From Felis catus (Eukaryota), in NCBI RefSeq assembly GCF_018350175.1, contig NC_058368.1:14386001-14450000 (forward strand): a stretch of DNA of 64,000 nt. Direction: 5' to 3'. The position numbers were made by a program, and so were the translations under genes. Below are positions 62,679 through 64,000 of this stretch, one piece after another (the stretch's first letter is position 1; every line of letters starts with the position of its first letter). A model generated the notes under the pieces. It searched no databases, was not told the DNA's origin, and was given only the letters and a program-made list of their open reading frames with translations.

Positions 62679-64000
62679 TAAAAGCATCGTACTATAGCCC
62701 AAATACATACCAGCCATCCTCATTTAATATCTAAATTTGTTGTAGATGTTTTGAACAGACCTATTGATTTACTGTTTCCCATTCTTCTTCTTCATATGAT
62801 TGAATTATTTAATTTTTTGGCATCACATATCTTTTTAGCCATTTTTTCTTAGAGGGTGGCCAATAATTCAAGTCATTTAGTATGGACTTACTGAGACCCC
62901 ACTATATACTAAGTATTGCTAAAAGCAAATCATATAATAGTAAGTAAAACTTACTGCTCTCAATGAGTTTATGGTGGAAAAGGTGAAGCAGTAAACAGGA
63001 AAAGCTGGTCATTTTCCTAGACCTGCTGATAAGTGGCTTTTCACAATTCCTTTCCCATGCCCACATTTTTCTATTACTTTCTCTAAGAATGACATGATAA
63101 CTTTCTCCCATGATTCCCATTATTGGTACTTAGCAGGATTTGTGTGATTTTTGGTTTGGGGATATTTTTGATGGTCAGAATTATTTCCAGATCAGCAATT
63201 TTCTTCTTAAATTGTTTGGGTTCAAAATGTCAACAAAGGCATTCAACATTTTATGATATATATTGTAAAATTTTAGCAGACTTCTCTGAGCGTGCTGCAG
63301 GTAAGAATTTTAGATTAGCAAGAATGTGATTACAATAGTAATACTGTGCAAATTGGACCAAACATGTGATTATAATAGCACAATGCAAATCGGACTAAGC
63401 AAAGTTTATTAATTCTTTGATGATTCAGAGCCTGTGTTAGCCTGTTGCCATGACAAAGTCAGGATCAGGGATAAAGTTTACTACATAAAATAGTTGTGTG
63501 AGTAGAAGTAAAGCTGGAGAAATTTTAAATATTGATATCAGTATGGATCAAAATCTGGAAGCACTGTAAAAATCATATTATAAGTTAATTGAAAAATGTA
63601 CCGAATTACAGAATTGATGTATGAAATACATATACCATTTACCATTGCAATGAAGTGAATCATTAGACTCATATGGTTCATTTGGAGTGAGTCAAATATA
63701 CATTACTAGCAAAGTTTTTTAAAAAGTTAATATTTTAAACATTGAGTTACACCTAATTATTCTTAGAATTCATAATTCGGATTTGAGTTTGAGATAACAA
63801 GTTCCTTTCCATCCTTCCCCCGCTCCTTTTCCTCAACTAATATGTATTTTAGCTCCTACTATGTACAAGACAGCGCCTATTAAGATTCCGTGCACATAGA
63901 AATATTTGACAATAATCCATGAAACAAAAATAGTCTTAAGTCCACAGTTCCCAAACTGAGCATCAGGGAACCTGGGATGTCACAGTGAACTCACAGGCTT

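Noticed and set aside
624..63329. All ORFs in the supplied six-frame track (60-165 aa)
   Set aside because: They are short, low-complexity or SINE-derived; the recurrent MAQSVKRPTSAQVMIS peptides are Can-SINE translations. None resembles a known protein, and the real NBEA exon frames are not in the track.
58455..64000. Next NBEA exon (RISLATPRQL...)
   Set aside because: Searched by eye and not found; presumably beyond position 64000.

Overview
AT-rich mammalian genomic DNA, almost certainly from a felid (probably domestic cat): it carries about 23 tRNA-derived Can-SINEs of the felid SINEC_Fc type and two short felid-type L1 3' ends. The only coding sequence I can support is two + strand exons (57921-58038, 118 nt; 58352-58454, 103 nt). 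They splice in frame to [74 protein letters not shown], the PH domain that precedes the BEACH domain of neurobeachin (NBEA). Positions 1-57920 are therefore one very long NBEA intron. From prior knowledge, this is the intron that hosts the antisense nested gene MAB21L1, which I do not see here and expect just upstream of the window. The intron contains layered repeats (L2, MIR, L3/CR1, old L1, MaLR LTRs, hAT MITEs, an ERV1-like solo LTR) and three repeat-free islands rich in developmental TF motifs (about 10-13 kb, 22.6-24.5 kb and 37.4-39.3 kb). None of the supplied ORFs looks like a real protein, and I found no convincing novel protein-coding system. The most interesting unexplained signals are an ~88-nt GC-rich inverted repeat at 37619-37706 built from Smad-like and Meis/TGIF-like motifs, a Pax6-like site, several AG|GT recursive-splice-like sites, and inverted SINE pairs. 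Repeat family names come from recalled consensus sequences, and boundaries of old repeats are approximate.
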